Of a stretch of DNA of 64,000 bases, positions 33,029 through 43,233 are shown one piece after another. This DNA is from a virus, in the IMG/VR virus record IMGVR_UViG_3300045988_143605, positions 1 through 64,000 of that record; one strand, given 5' to 3'. The notes beneath the pieces were generated by a model. It did not search any database. It was not told where the DNA came from and worked only from the letters and a program-made list of their open reading frames with translations. The stretch's first letter is position 1. Each line of letters opens with the position of its first letter. Made by a program: the position numbers and the translations under genes.

Positions 33029-33556
33029 ATGGGTAAACCAATCAAAAACCCGATGTTTCCCTTCAATAGGGTAGCGGCTCGCTTTTTTCAGCAGACCATC
33101 AATCAGCTTGAGGTGAACACCATGACGCAGTGTATCTATCCCAAGGAGGTGTATAACGGATATGCTGTCGTCAACCAGAAGCGTAAGGAGATGGGTCAGT
33201 GGTACTCAACTGGCGAGGGTGCAAATTCGTTTGCCGGAAGGATCATCGAAGCCGGAGAAGGAGGCAAGGTGACGATGGCTTTCCAGTTCAACGACTACAT
33301 GCGCTTTGTGGATATGGGTGTCGGTCAAGGAACGACATACGAGGACGTAGAGTCGGGCAAGAAGGCTCGTTTCCAGACGCGATACGTCAGCAAGTGGGAC
33401 CGCAAGTCGGGTAAGTCGCAACGTCCTGCCATTATGATGGAGCTTCGCCACCTTCAGCAGCGCATAGCCAACTACCTTGTTGACTTCTACGGCTACGATG
33501 GCGAGGTAAAACTTATAAACACCTTCGAGGAAGCAAGTCCGATAAAGATTATGTAA
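33029..33556 (+). CDS. hypothetical structural-module protein (175 aa)
   Basis: ORF immediately upstream of the tape measure gene. Confidence 0.5.
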   Translation: MGKPIKNPMFPFNRVAARFFQQTINQLEVNTMTQCIYPKEVYNGYAVVNQKRKEMGQWYSTGEGANSFAGRIIEAGEGGKVTMAFQFNDYMRFVDMGVGQGTTYEDVESGKKARFQTRYVSKWDRKSGKSQRPAIMMELRHLQQRIANYLVDFYGYDGEVKLINTFEEASPIKIM

Positions 33557-33580
33557 CAACACAACACAAACATACTAAAT

Positions 33581-36500
33581 ATGGCTGCAGCAAAGAAAAC
33601 TCAAATCGTCATAACTGCCAATGCCGCCGTTGCCAAAAAGGTGATGGATGAGCTTCAGCAGCGCATTGACGGTATAAAACAGAAGATGGCTGCGCTCGAC
33701 GTGACGACAAAGCAGGGACAGCGCGAGTTTAAGAAACTGGAGAAAGAATTGGTTTCGTACAACTCGGCTGTGACGCAGAATATCACGAATACGGAGCGTA
33801 TAGACAAGGCTATGAAAAATTTGTCGGGCACGTCGCTTAACGAACTAAAGCGCGCGTTGTCCGCTGCCAAGAGTGAGCTTGGCAAGATGTCGGCAAGCGA
33901 CAAGGGACTGAAGCAGATGCAAGGTAACGTAAATGCGCTGCAGGCGCAAATCGACAAACTCACCGGCTCGGTGCATAAGCAGGGCAACGCATGGCAGACA
34001 GCGCTCAAAAACTTAACGGCGTATGTAGGGCTGTTTGGGGCGTTTAATATGATAAAATCAAAGCTGACAGACATATTGAAGTTGAATTTCCAGTATTCTG
34101 ACTCATTGGCTAATGTGCGTAAGGTGAGTAATCTTTCGATGGAGTCTGTTAATGATTTGTCACGCCAGTTGGCGAAGATAGACAGCCGTACCAGTCTTGA
34201 GGGACTTACACAATTGGCTTATGTGGGTAGTCGTATGGGTATGGGCAAGTATGGGGCGTCAGGTCTGGCAGAATTTGCAGCAGCCAGCGATCGTGTGAAT
34301 GTGGCATTGAAAGAGGATTTGGGTGATGATGCGATGCTTACTTTGTCTAAGTTCGTGGAAACGATGGGAGAGGTAGAAAAGCACGGTGGTAACATCAGCG
34401 ATGCTTTTGATTCTGTTTCAAGTTCCATCTTTAAATTGGCTTCTACATCTACGGCCAATGGTGGTAATATCCTTGAATTTGCGAAGCGACTTACGGGTTT
34501 GTCTAAGGTGTCGCACATTACAAGCGACCAACTTTTAGGTCTTGCCTCTGCCAGCGACTCTCTTATGCTTATGCCGGAAGTAGCCAGTACCGCTTTTGGT
34601 AAGTTAATAAGCAGTTTATGGACTAACTACCACGACATAGAGAAGATGTTGGGTATGCAAGAGGACTCCCTAAAAGACATGATGAGCAAGGGAGAAACCA
34701 TGCAGGCACTTGTAACCGTGCTTCAGAACGTGAGCGATAAAAACCTCAACTCTATGGACGAGTACTTCAAAGAGTTTGGCTCAGATGGTCAACGTTTGAA
34801 AAGCGTAGTCGTTACTATGGCTCAGAATGTAGATGTTCTGAAATCCCATCTTGACGAGTCAAGTAAGGCTTACAAAGATGCCACGGCCGTATCAAAGGAA
34901 TATGCCATACAGCAAGAGACCGCACAGGCTATAATTGAGAGAGCCAATAACATGTGGAATAAGGCTTTTGTTAATCCTGAAGGCATTGATTCCGTCAAGG
35001 AAATAGCAAAGGTATGGTACGATTTCTCGAAAACGCTTACGCAATCTACTCCATTTATGAGGTCTGCAAAGATATTGATGTGGGAGATAAAGACATCCGT
35101 TGAAATGTTGCTCAAAATATTACCAGGATTGGTAGCATATATGGGTACTCGCGGTTTGGTGTGGGCTTTTTCTAAGTTATTGCCGTTGATGATAGGTGTG
35201 TCTGGTAGCGGTGTTGTAAAATTCTTCACATTGCTAACTATGGCGGTACATGGCAATGCCGTTGCGGTTCGCTTGTTGCATATACGCTGGACAGCCATGA
35301 CTCTCGCAATGAAAGCGAATGTTATTGGTTTTGCAATATCTGCTATTGCTACACTTGGCACATGGATATATAGCCTTGTAAAAAATACTGATAATGCCAC
35401 AAAATCAGTCGAACAATTTGACAGGTCGCTAACTGGTGTTCGCAACAAGGCAAATCAGGCTGTCGGGGAACTTGATGCTTATTATCGTGCTATCAAGCGG
35501 GCAAAGAAAGGGTCTTTTGAATATCAGGCTGCAATTAAGGTCTATAATGACAAATTCGGAGTCTATTTCAAAAAGCTCGAAAGAGAGAATGGAATGGTAA
35601 AGGATTTGGCGGCCTCTTATCGCGAAGCTGCAAAGGCTATTCGTGCTAAGATGTACGTACAGATGGAGCAAGATGATAGGGATAAGTTCGTAAAGCCTCG
35701 TGCTGGCAGGTCTTTGGATAGGTTGGGCGAGTATGGGCAAATTGCACCTGAAGGCTTTGAGCAGGAAATGTTGGAAGCCTACACCAAAGACTCCTACGGA
35801 AAACAAATGAATGTTGTTGTAAAAGAACTTGCCCAGAGATTTGGAGTAAAAGATGTTAGCAATGTTCTTGCATCTGAAAACAGAGGTTTGACAAAGGCTG
35901 TTAGGCGTGAGAAAGTGCGAAAGCGTTCTTTATTTGGAGATCCGTATTATGTATATGAGGATAAGGATGTAAGTGCTAACGAGCAACAACTTTTTAGAGC
36001 CTTGCGTTATGTTCGTCAGGAACGAGCAACGCATAATACAGAATTAGGCATAGATAAAAAGTATGAGCCTGTCAGAAAACAGATGGATAACTACATTCTT
36101 TCTACGACAGGAGGTAACGAGGATTTGAATGTTCCTGATGAGAGTGGCAAAAATGGAAAGACAGGCTCAGGAAGAAACGGTAATGAGAACAAAAAAGAGG
36201 AGCAGCAGACAAAGGCTCGCGCAAATGCTCTTATTGCTAATATCAAGGCTTTCTATGAGGAACAAATGCGCAAATACCTGGAATGGGTGGCTCAGATGAA
36301 CGCCGATGGCGAAAAGGTTAGCGAAGGACAACAGAAGGAACAGTTGGATTATCTGCAATCGCAAATGGATCGTGCTCTTGGTACGGCTCGCCAGTCTATC
36401 ACTAATCTTGGCGATGGCTGGAAAGAGTTCTATTCCCACATGGATGAGGATGTGATGGTTTACGATGAGGAAACTTCTAAGCAACTGCTTGATTCGATTG

Positions 36501-38407
36501 GCAAAACGGATGTTGGCGAACTTCACAAGTTGTTCACCAAACTGTCCGGCGACCTCTCTCGTGAAAACAATAAGTCTCTTGCAGAAAACCTCGGCGCATT
36601 GCTCGACCAGATATTTGCCAATGGCTCTAAGGAATTGCGCGAGGCTGCAGAGAAGTTGCTTGCCCGTCAGCGCGAGATACAGAAGATTTTGAATGAGCAC
36701 GACTATACAGGTGCTGTTGACCGCAACACTCGTGGCAATTTCGACCGCTTAGGTTTCCTACAGCCAGCCAAGGATATTCGTGCTGACTCTCCCGAAGGTC
36801 TTGAAAAGATGAATGCTGCTTTTGATAAGCTGACCACTAAGGCACGCGAGTCTATTACCGTATTATATAGTCTTAATCCGGAGAGTGAGAATTTTCAGAA
36901 TCGGTTCCTTCAGTTCTTGTCTGTAGCCGACGAAGGGTTTGATTTCTCGGCTCTTAAGGCACAAGACCTCAAAGCTCTTTATCTCGAACTGATAAAATAC
37001 AACGACGAATACGAGTCGGCAAGCAAGAAGCGTGACGATGAGCGCAAGAAACTGAACGATTACGCTTGGTCTAACACTGATTATTATAAGGAATACCAGA
37101 AGGCACTGCCTGGTGCCGAGCAAGAGGTGGCAGTCAAGGGTAGCTATCGTAATGCCGGTCAGCGTATGGGCATGGAGTCAGTGTCGGCTTTAGACCCTGA
37201 ACTCGAACTGATGAAGGCTCGTATGGAGTTCGCCCAGCAGTATTACACGTTCCTGGAAGAGCACAATGCCACCGAGCAGCAGCTTGCTGATGCCCGAAAG
37301 TCAATAATGATGGAACAGGCTAACTATGCCAAAAAACTCACGGGAGATATGTTTGAGCAATATAACTCACTCCTTACTTTCATGGGTCCGTTGCAAACCT
37401 TTGGCGAGTCGGTAGGTGATGCCTTCGTTACTATGACCGAGAACGCAGCCGAAGGACGCAAGGCTTTGAAGACAGCCTTGAAGCAAATGATAAAATCGTT
37501 CGCTACCAACACCCTTCAGATGATTAGTCAACAGCAAATAGACCGCGCGCAAACCACTGCGCACTATACGCAGTTACTTCTCATGCAGCAGGCATTTGGT
37601 ACGGCAAAGGTAGCAGGTGAAGCAGCCACTGGAGTGGCTTTACTTACGACAAAGACGGTAAATAACCAGACAGAGGAACAGCTTGAGGTTGCCCATCAAC
37701 AGGCAATGGCAGCTCTTCGCTCTGCAGGTATCTTCGGTTGGTGTGTTAGCACTCTCGGACCTGTTGCTGGTCCAATCGCTTACGCTGCAATGATGGCAAT
37801 CCTCATGGGGTTACTAAACTTTGCAATTAGCAAGGTTGGAGGAAGTGATAACTCTAATAATAGCAACGCAAAATCCTCGAACACAAAAATCGTGTCCGGT
37901 ATGCTTACCTACGACTCCGGTAACGTGCAAGACCTCCGTCCGTTTGTCGGCAACGATGGCAGCCTCTATTGGGCGACCGAGGATGACAAACCCCACAATG
38001 GTGTATCACTCCTCACGCAGCCCACTGCCACTTCTATTAACGGTCAACCATCTCTTGTAGCCGAGAACGGCCCAGAACTGGTAATCGGACGCGAGACAAC
38101 CCAGGCGATGATGATGAACAACCCGCAACTATTGAAAGCCCTCGTAAACTACGACCGCAACTATTCCGGTCGCCGTGCTTACGACACTGGCAATATAGCC
38201 GAGACAAGCCCCACAGTAGCCGCAGGGTCGACCGTAAGCGACGAAATGGTGTCTTACCAAGCTAAAACCAACGTAGCCCTTCTACAAGCCGTAAACACGC
38301 TCCTGCAACGCTTAGAGCAACCTATCGAGGCAAAGATTGATATGTACGGCCGTGGCAAACTCTATGACAGCATGACAAAGGCTAATCAGTTTATGAAAAA
38401 CAAATAA
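33581..38407 (+). CDS. tail tape measure protein (1608 aa)
   Basis: Long coiled-coil N-terminus, a TP901-type core-like segment (...SDQLLGLASASDSLMLMPEVASTAFGKLI...), internal hydrophobic segments, and C-terminal ...VAENGPELVIGRE. Confidence 0.85.
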   Translation: MAAAKKTQIVITANAAVAKKVMDELQQRIDGIKQKMAALDVTTKQGQREFKKLEKELVSYNSAVTQNITNTERIDKAMKNLSGTSLNELKRALSAAKSELGKMSASDKGLKQMQGNVNALQAQIDKLTGSVHKQGNAWQTALKNLTAYVGLFGAFNMIKSKLTDILKLNFQYSDSLANVRKVSNLSMESVNDLSRQLAKIDSRTSLEGLTQLAYVGSRMGMGKYGASGLAEFAAASDRVNVALKEDLGDDAMLTLSKFVETMGEVEKHGGNISDAFDSVSSSIFKLASTSTANGGNILEFAKRLTGLSKVSHITSDQLLGLASASDSLMLMPEVASTAFGKLISSLWTNYHDIEKMLGMQEDSLKDMMSKGETMQALVTVLQNVSDKNLNSMDEYFKEFGSDGQRLKSVVVTMAQNVDVLKSHLDESSKAYKDATAVSKEYAIQQETAQAIIERANNMWNKAFVNPEGIDSVKEIAKVWYDFSKTLTQSTPFMRSAKILMWEIKTSVEMLLKILPGLVAYMGTRGLVWAFSKLLPLMIGVSGSGVVKFFTLLTMAVHGNAVAVRLLHIRWTAMTLAMKANVIGFAISAIATLGTWIYSLVKNTDNATKSVEQFDRSLTGVRNKANQAVGELDAYYRAIKRAKKGSFEYQAAIKVYNDKFGVYFKKLERENGMVKDLAASYREAAKAIRAKMYVQMEQDDRDKFVKPRAGRSLDRLGEYGQIAPEGFEQEMLEAYTKDSYGKQMNVVVKELAQRFGVKDVSNVLASENRGLTKAVRREKVRKRSLFGDPYYVYEDKDVSANEQQLFRALRYVRQERATHNTELGIDKKYEPVRKQMDNYILSTTGGNEDLNVPDESGKNGKTGSGRNGNENKKEEQQTKARANALIANIKAFYEEQMRKYLEWVAQMNADGEKVSEGQQKEQLDYLQSQMDRALGTARQSITNLGDGWKEFYSHMDEDVMVYDEETSKQLLDSIGKTDVGELHKLFTKLSGDLSRENNKSLAENLGALLDQIFANGSKELREAAEKLLARQREIQKILNEHDYTGAVDRNTRGNFDRLGFLQPAKDIRADSPEGLEKMNAAFDKLTTKARESITVLYSLNPESENFQNRFLQFLSVADEGFDFSALKAQDLKALYLELIKYNDEYESASKKRDDERKKLNDYAWSNTDYYKEYQKALPGAEQEVAVKGSYRNAGQRMGMESVSALDPELELMKARMEFAQQYYTFLEEHNATEQQLADARKSIMMEQANYAKKLTGDMFEQYNSLLTFMGPLQTFGESVGDAFVTMTENAAEGRKALKTALKQMIKSFATNTLQMISQQQIDRAQTTAHYTQLLLMQQAFGTAKVAGEAATGVALLTTKTVNNQTEEQLEVAHQQAMAALRSAGIFGWCVSTLGPVAGPIAYAAMMAILMGLLNFAISKVGGSDNSNNSNAKSSNTKIVSGMLTYDSGNVQDLRPFVGNDGSLYWATEDDKPHNGVSLLTQPTATSINGQPSLVAENGPELVIGRETTQAMMMNNPQLLKALVNYDRNYSGRRAYDTGNIAETSPTVAAGSTVSDEMVSYQAKTNVALLQAVNTLLQRLEQPIEAKIDMYGRGKLYDSMTKANQFMKNK

Positions 38408-38530
38408 TCCCCCGCAAGTTGCCTTTGCAGCAATCCGCGATCAGCAAAGCATCCCCCCTTGCGCTACACTCCCGCGTGCGGCAAAGCATTTATCTTGCGC
38501 TATCTTTCGCTATTAGCGAAGCATTTATCA

Positions 38531-38567
38531 GGTCGTCGCGCCGTAAGGCGTGTCGACCTTTTCTTTT
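38531..38567 (+). terminator. rho-independent terminator (GNRA loop)
   Basis: GGTCGTCGCGCC-GTAA-GGCGTGTCGACC followed by TTTTCTTTT. Confidence 0.65.
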
Positions 38568-38626
38568 GCGCAATGCTTGTATTTCCTCTCTGTTTTTCGC
38601 TTGTTCGAGAATAAACTTCTGTCCCC

Positions 38627-39161
38627 AAAAGTCCAAACTTGCAAACTCTTGCAACTCCCTAATAGCCACGGACATTACGTATTATCTACTCATCAAAAGT
38701 CCAAAAATTTACTCAATAACGCTACTACTATATATAATTTCGCCAATTTTCTTTCTCTCCTATTTTCAAAAATCCCGAACCCTAACAATATAGTTAGTAG
38801 CATTAACGCCTATGACGTAAATAATTGACATTTAACAAGTTAAATGGTGAGAAGAAAGGCAACTAAGTGAGAGAAACGCTACAAAAATGTCTTATTTCTA
38901 TTATTCTTTATAAATTTTTTGTTCTTTGCGCTCGTATAGGTATATATAAAAATACCCCTTTTTTAAACTTTTAATAGATAAATAGCAGAAAATCAAAAGG
39001 TTGAATCGCTTTTTGAAAAATTCATTATGGGGACACAGCACGGATTTCTTATGAACTTTACTCCGTTTTTTCAGATTTATAGACTTTTCATTTTTCGCTA
39101 TTATCCTGAAAAATGGACTTTAAGTCTAAAGTTTGGACTTTTGGAGGCTCAAGAGTCCAAA
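38627..39161. repeat. AAAAGTCCAAA repeat field in an 850-nt non-coding region
   Basis: AAAAGTCCAAA at 38627-38637 and 38695-38705, inverted TTTGGACTTTT at 39132-39142, and GAGTCCAAA at 39153-39161. GC(A/G)AAGCATTTATC occurs at 38481-38494 and 38516-38529. AT-rich stretches lie between them. Confidence 0.5.
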
Positions 39162-39217
39162 TATAGTTAACATAAGAAAAACATAGCCGAAATATTGTTC
39201 GTGTCAATTTTAATTAT

Positions 39218-39225
39218 TAAATTTG
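39218..39225 (+). promoter_or_regulatory. -7 box TAaaTTTG
   Basis: Extended core AATTATTAAATTTGCAAC. ATTG lies 20 nt upstream. ATG at 39264. Confidence 0.55.
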
Positions 39226-39263
39226 CAACCGTATAATAACTTACCTATTTTAACTTATAAAAT

Positions 39264-40364
39264 ATGTTTGACGAAATATGCTCCATATATGAAGATGCGC
39301 ATGATGCTTGTGGTCGCTTCGTTGACCGTGAGACAGGAGAGTGCATCCAGCAGATGACCATCCGTGAGTTTTGCTTGACGGATAGATGGAAGCCGTATGT
39401 GCAGCAACTTCGTCGTATGCGTGTGGAGTTTGGCAGTAATGCTAAAAAGATGCCGGAGTACATTGAGACAAAGAAGATGTTGCCAGGTGCTACTCTGAGC
39501 GGCTTGTTTGCGCTCTATGAGGACGACAGTCTCACGCATCCAGGACAGCGGGTAATGGTGAGCCGTCGTGAGACCCACCTGAAGCAACACACTGGATGGC
39601 TTGCCATTGACATTGACCTCGCGGACAACAAACACCTGACACAGTTTGATAATGTGCGCTTTGTGTGTCAGTATCGCCCAGAGATAGCATTACTCATGCG
39701 CTCGTGCTCTGGTAGCGGGTATTTTGGTCTTGTGCGTTTAGCTTATCCAGATAGACATAAAGATCAGTTCAAAGCATTATTGAAGGACTATGCTGCTTGC
39801 GGCATCATGCTTGATAAATCATGCGGAAATATAGGTCGTGTGCGCTTTGCGTCTTGGGACGATCCAGAACATATATATATAAATGAGAAAGCAACTGCCT
39901 ATACGGGACTAAATGACCAAGTGGTAATGCCGCTTCCCTTGTCTCGCCAACATCGTTCTTCTCATACTGAAACTTACAATGGGAATACTGGGGCAGATGG
40001 TGTTGTTATTGGCGATTGGCGCAATGATACCCCAGAAATCATATACCGCAAGGTGAAACGGCTTGTCGAGAAGGTCGAGCAACGCCATGTGGACTTGATG
40101 GAAGGTCCAGAAGCGGGATATATAGAGTGGGTGTATTGCGGAATGTCTCTCTATCACCTGGTAGGGCAGGATGGCTACGATTTTTGGAAGCGTTTATCGC
40201 AATTTCGACCATCAGATTCTACTTGCGGTCACCATGAGAGCGACTTCGCTAAAAGGTGGTCATCGTTTGCTCATTACCCCAATACAGTGAATTTCTTCTT
40301 CAAGCAGTGTAAGGATAAAAACATCACACTGACAAGGGAAGATTTGTTGGAGATATACGGTTGA
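39264..40364 (+). CDS. archaeo-eukaryotic-type primase (VirE_N/BT4734-like N-terminus, PriCT-like C-terminus)
   Basis: GWLAIDIDLADNKHL ... LMRSCSGSGYFGLVRL, and C-terminal WVYCGMSLYHLVGQDGYDFWKRLSQF. Confidence 0.65.
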   Translation: MFDEICSIYEDAHDACGRFVDRETGECIQQMTIREFCLTDRWKPYVQQLRRMRVEFGSNAKKMPEYIETKKMLPGATLSGLFALYEDDSLTHPGQRVMVSRRETHLKQHTGWLAIDIDLADNKHLTQFDNVRFVCQYRPEIALLMRSCSGSGYFGLVRLAYPDRHKDQFKALLKDYAACGIMLDKSCGNIGRVRFASWDDPEHIYINEKATAYTGLNDQVVMPLPLSRQHRSSHTETYNGNTGADGVVIGDWRNDTPEIIYRKVKRLVEKVEQRHVDLMEGPEAGYIEWVYCGMSLYHLVGQDGYDFWKRLSQFRPSDSTCGHHESDFAKRWSSFAHYPNTVNFFFKQCKDKNITLTREDLLEIYG

Positions 40365-40374
40365 AGGTGTCAAA

Positions 40375-40833
40375 ATGTCATTAGATATGAAAATATTATT
40401 TAAAAAATTTGAAGAAAAGGCTCAAATGCCGGTAAAGGCAGTTGGGCATGAAGAGGACTTTTGTTATGATTGTTTTGCTGTGAGCGAAGAAGAGGTTGCT
40501 CCTAACGTATGGAAATATGGTCTTGGCTTTGCCTTACAGCCAGTGAATGAGTTTGACGGAGTTAACATTCGTGGTATCAATATCCGTTCCCGGTCGTCGG
40601 TGTGGAAGACTGGCATGGTGCTCTCCAACTCGCAGGTTACGATTAACGAAATTTTCACTGGAGAGATTTCGGCTGTATTTTATCATGTCATGCTCAATAT
40701 GCCGCGCTATAAAGTTGGCGACAAGGTGTGTCAGCTTTGCCTGGAACGTACCGAGTCGTTAGAGTTTGTTGAAGTGACAGAACTGCGCAAAACTTCACGC
40801 GGCGAACTCGGATATTGCTCTACTGGAAAGTAA
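40375..40833 (+). CDS. dUTPase-fold protein with degenerate catalytic motifs
   Basis: Motif II IRSRSS, motif IV GDKVCQL, motif V RGELGYCSTG. Motif III reads TINEIFTGE instead of G(V/I)IDxxYRGE. Confidence 0.55.
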   Translation: MSLDMKILFKKFEEKAQMPVKAVGHEEDFCYDCFAVSEEEVAPNVWKYGLGFALQPVNEFDGVNIRGINIRSRSSVWKTGMVLSNSQVTINEIFTGEISAVFYHVMLNMPRYKVGDKVCQLCLERTESLEFVEVTELRKTSRGELGYCSTGK

Positions 40834-40867
40834 AATATAATCAACCTTATGATAAATAGACGAATTT

Positions 40868-41818
40868 ATGGCTAAATCGAACCCTATCCGAACACGCGAG
40901 GAACTTGTGCGCAACCAACCCACAATTTACTCATTCCATTTCAAGGATGTGCCGCCCAGCAAGTATGCCGAAACACTTGATGTACTTTTCCACAATCCCG
41001 ACTACAATGAAGATGTTGAGAAGCGCAACCGACTCGTCAAATCGGCACAGCGTTTGCGCCCCGGTTCAAGCGAGATGGCAAACCTTGTGCGCACCATCCA
41101 GCAGTACGACCGTAAGTTGGCTGACATTCTGTATGCCTCCATTGTGCAGACAAATCTTCATAGTGAGGTTGGCTATGATTTTCTTTCATTCTCCACCTTG
41201 CTCAAGTATTACGTTGACTATAGCAAGGATGGTAACAAGAAACGTGTAGACCGTATGGCTGCCAATCTCGACAAGGTGACGTTTCTTGCCGATATGCTTG
41301 AAAGTATCGTGACTGACGTGAAAGCAGATATGCGTGAGATTTTCAACGGAAGTGTCGAGTTTAATCAGTTTGATTCTGTACTGAATGTTCTCACACAATT
41401 AAGAGGCTTTTTTAAGTCTGCCCGTAGTAATGATGCCGACTCGCCAGAAGCGCTGCTCTATTTTGATTATTCCGACTCTATCAACGATTATCTTGAGAAG
41501 CGACTGAAAACATATACCGACAAGTATCGCAAGCTGCATCCTGCCGCACCCGTATATATCGAAGCAGACCTGATAGAAGGTCTTAACCAGTTCTTTGGCC
41601 GTAGTGATAAATTCAACGAGAGTTTTATCAAGCATACCGAGTCTGGCGGATGTTATATAGATGTGGTTCATCTTTGCTTCAATCTCGACCGCCAGCAGAC
41701 AGAGAAGATCGAATCATTGAAGATAAATCCGACCACTCACACCGACGAAACGCTGCGCTACAGCTTCAAGGTAACCGACCTTATAATGAGCCAATACAAA
41801 CGTCCCACCCAAAAGTAA
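40868..41818 (+). CDS. hypothetical protein (316 aa)
   Basis: Long ORF in the same orientation as its neighbours. Confidence 0.55.
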   Translation: MAKSNPIRTREELVRNQPTIYSFHFKDVPPSKYAETLDVLFHNPDYNEDVEKRNRLVKSAQRLRPGSSEMANLVRTIQQYDRKLADILYASIVQTNLHSEVGYDFLSFSTLLKYYVDYSKDGNKKRVDRMAANLDKVTFLADMLESIVTDVKADMREIFNGSVEFNQFDSVLNVLTQLRGFFKSARSNDADSPEALLYFDYSDSINDYLEKRLKTYTDKYRKLHPAAPVYIEADLIEGLNQFFGRSDKFNESFIKHTESGGCYIDVVHLCFNLDRQQTEKIESLKINPTTHTDETLRYSFKVTDLIMSQYKRPTQK

Positions 41819-41823
41819 CTATT

Positions 41824-42558
41824 ATGCCAAACATTTACCTTCGCTTACCTACGAGTCGTTGCCAGTTCTTTCGCAACCGCGACCCAAAGCACACGCTTGC
41901 TCAGGACGAGCCGTTGATATTCAATATGTACATGCCAGAGCATTTCGTGATGCGCAACTATCTGTCTAATGCTGCTGCAGTTACCCAACGTGTCAATATG
42001 CAGTGTTTCTCTCATCAGCAATGGCGTAATATGATGCAGGGAAGGTCGCCACAGGGAGGAAGCGTCATACTGATGCGCAATCCGCACGAATATCTTTCCT
42101 TTGAAGAGGTGCAGCAGCTCAATGGCAAACAGGAATATTCCAAGAGCGACAACGAGGACTACCTATGTATAAAACTACCCTCGGAAGTTGAGGTGGTGGA
42201 CGTGGTGAGACAGGTCACTCCTTCCTGGAACTTGAGTTCGCGCGGCATCCGTCAACTGCTCGTCATGCTCAACAATGACTTCAAGCGTAGCGTGGTGGAA
42301 TGGGCTATGTCTACTTTCGACTTCTGTACGTCCAACAACCGCATCATCTGTCGTCGCCAGACAGCTATGCTTGAGCGTTTTCTGATGCGTTACGGCATCG
42401 AACCTAACGAGAACGAGAAAGACTGCTTGCGACGCATCATCAACCGATGGCTAACGTCAGAGAATAACAACTTCAAGGCCTATTCGTGTATCGATATGCA
42501 GTATGTTGATACTAATGAAAAGTCATTCTTGGTTGACGATATAGTGTATGTAGATTAA
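41824..42558 (+). CDS. hypothetical protein (244 aa)
   Basis: Internal ATG of ORF 41650..42558, just after the stop of the previous gene. Confidence 0.5.
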   Translation: MPNIYLRLPTSRCQFFRNRDPKHTLAQDEPLIFNMYMPEHFVMRNYLSNAAAVTQRVNMQCFSHQQWRNMMQGRSPQGGSVILMRNPHEYLSFEEVQQLNGKQEYSKSDNEDYLCIKLPSEVEVVDVVRQVTPSWNLSSRGIRQLLVMLNNDFKRSVVEWAMSTFDFCTSNNRIICRRQTAMLERFLMRYGIEPNENEKDCLRRIINRWLTSENNNFKAYSCIDMQYVDTNEKSFLVDDIVYVD

Positions 42559-42627
42559 TTTATTGTAAAGAATTGTTAATCATAATCATAAAATAAGTTA
42601 AGAATTATCACTTTTAGGTGTACAAAA

Positions 42628-43122
42628 ATGCAACTACCCGATAAATGTATGGAATTATTCCTTGATGGCATTACCGATGTGATGTTTTATCAGAAGGAAG
42701 AGTGTGTTATCCCCGTGCCGTTCAGTATGGCACAAGTGTTGTGTATTAATAAATGCCAGTTGCCAGCCGAGCCGACGCTTCGCCTTGCAATGAGTGGTGA
42801 AAACTTCGTCATTGCGGAAAATATAGGTGTAAAGGTGACGCAGGCCAAACAGGGCAATAGTACTATATATACATATAATATTAGTGCAAATATAGACTTT
42901 GGAGGCGAAAATGTGCGTAAAGCATATAAAATTATGCGCGATAAGACCTATTATGTAGTATTGCGCAAACAAGATGGTTCGCTCCAGTTGTGTTACACTT
43001 TGCCCGGCACATTTGCCATTGAAGGCAATATCACATGCAGTGAGAAGTCACAAGACCGCTCTTTTACTGCATCCCTTAAAGCCCTATCGGAGCCGATACC
43101 TATCACGCTTCGAGAGGCTTAG
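42628..43122 (+). CDS. hypothetical protein (164 aa)
   Basis: ORF in the same orientation, followed by a T-run and a terminator. Confidence 0.5.
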   Translation: MQLPDKCMELFLDGITDVMFYQKEECVIPVPFSMAQVLCINKCQLPAEPTLRLAMSGENFVIAENIGVKVTQAKQGNSTIYTYNISANIDFGGENVRKAYKIMRDKTYYVVLRKQDGSLQLCYTLPGTFAIEGNITCSEKSQDRSFTASLKALSEPIPITLREA

Positions 43123-43148
43123 TTCTTGAGTCTTTTTTTTTAATTTTT

Positions 43149-43182
43149 GCGTCGTTGTCCGTGAGGATAGCGGCGTTTTTTT
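43149..43182 (+). terminator. terminator hairpin with GTCCGTGAGGATA loop
   Basis: GCGTCG pairs with CGGCGT around the loop motif 43157-43169, followed by T7. Confidence 0.65.
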
Positions 43183-43208
43183 GTCCTAAACAATACTGAA
43201 GTAACCTT

Positions 43209-43216
43209 TAATTTTG
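43209..43216 (+). promoter_or_regulatory. -7 box TAatTTTG (tRNA promoter)
   Basis: TAnnTTTG followed by CA, 18 nt upstream of the tRNA 5' end. Confidence 0.55.
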
Positions 43217-43233
43217 CACATGGATAACAACAC

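Noticed and set aside
38419-38828. ORFs of 124 aa and 92 aa (plus strand) and 61 aa (minus strand) in the region after the tape measure gene.
   Set aside because: They are low-complexity Ser/Leu/Phe/Ile-rich translations spanning a terminator and repeated DNA motifs. They have no start context like other genes. The region is treated as non-coding and origin-like.
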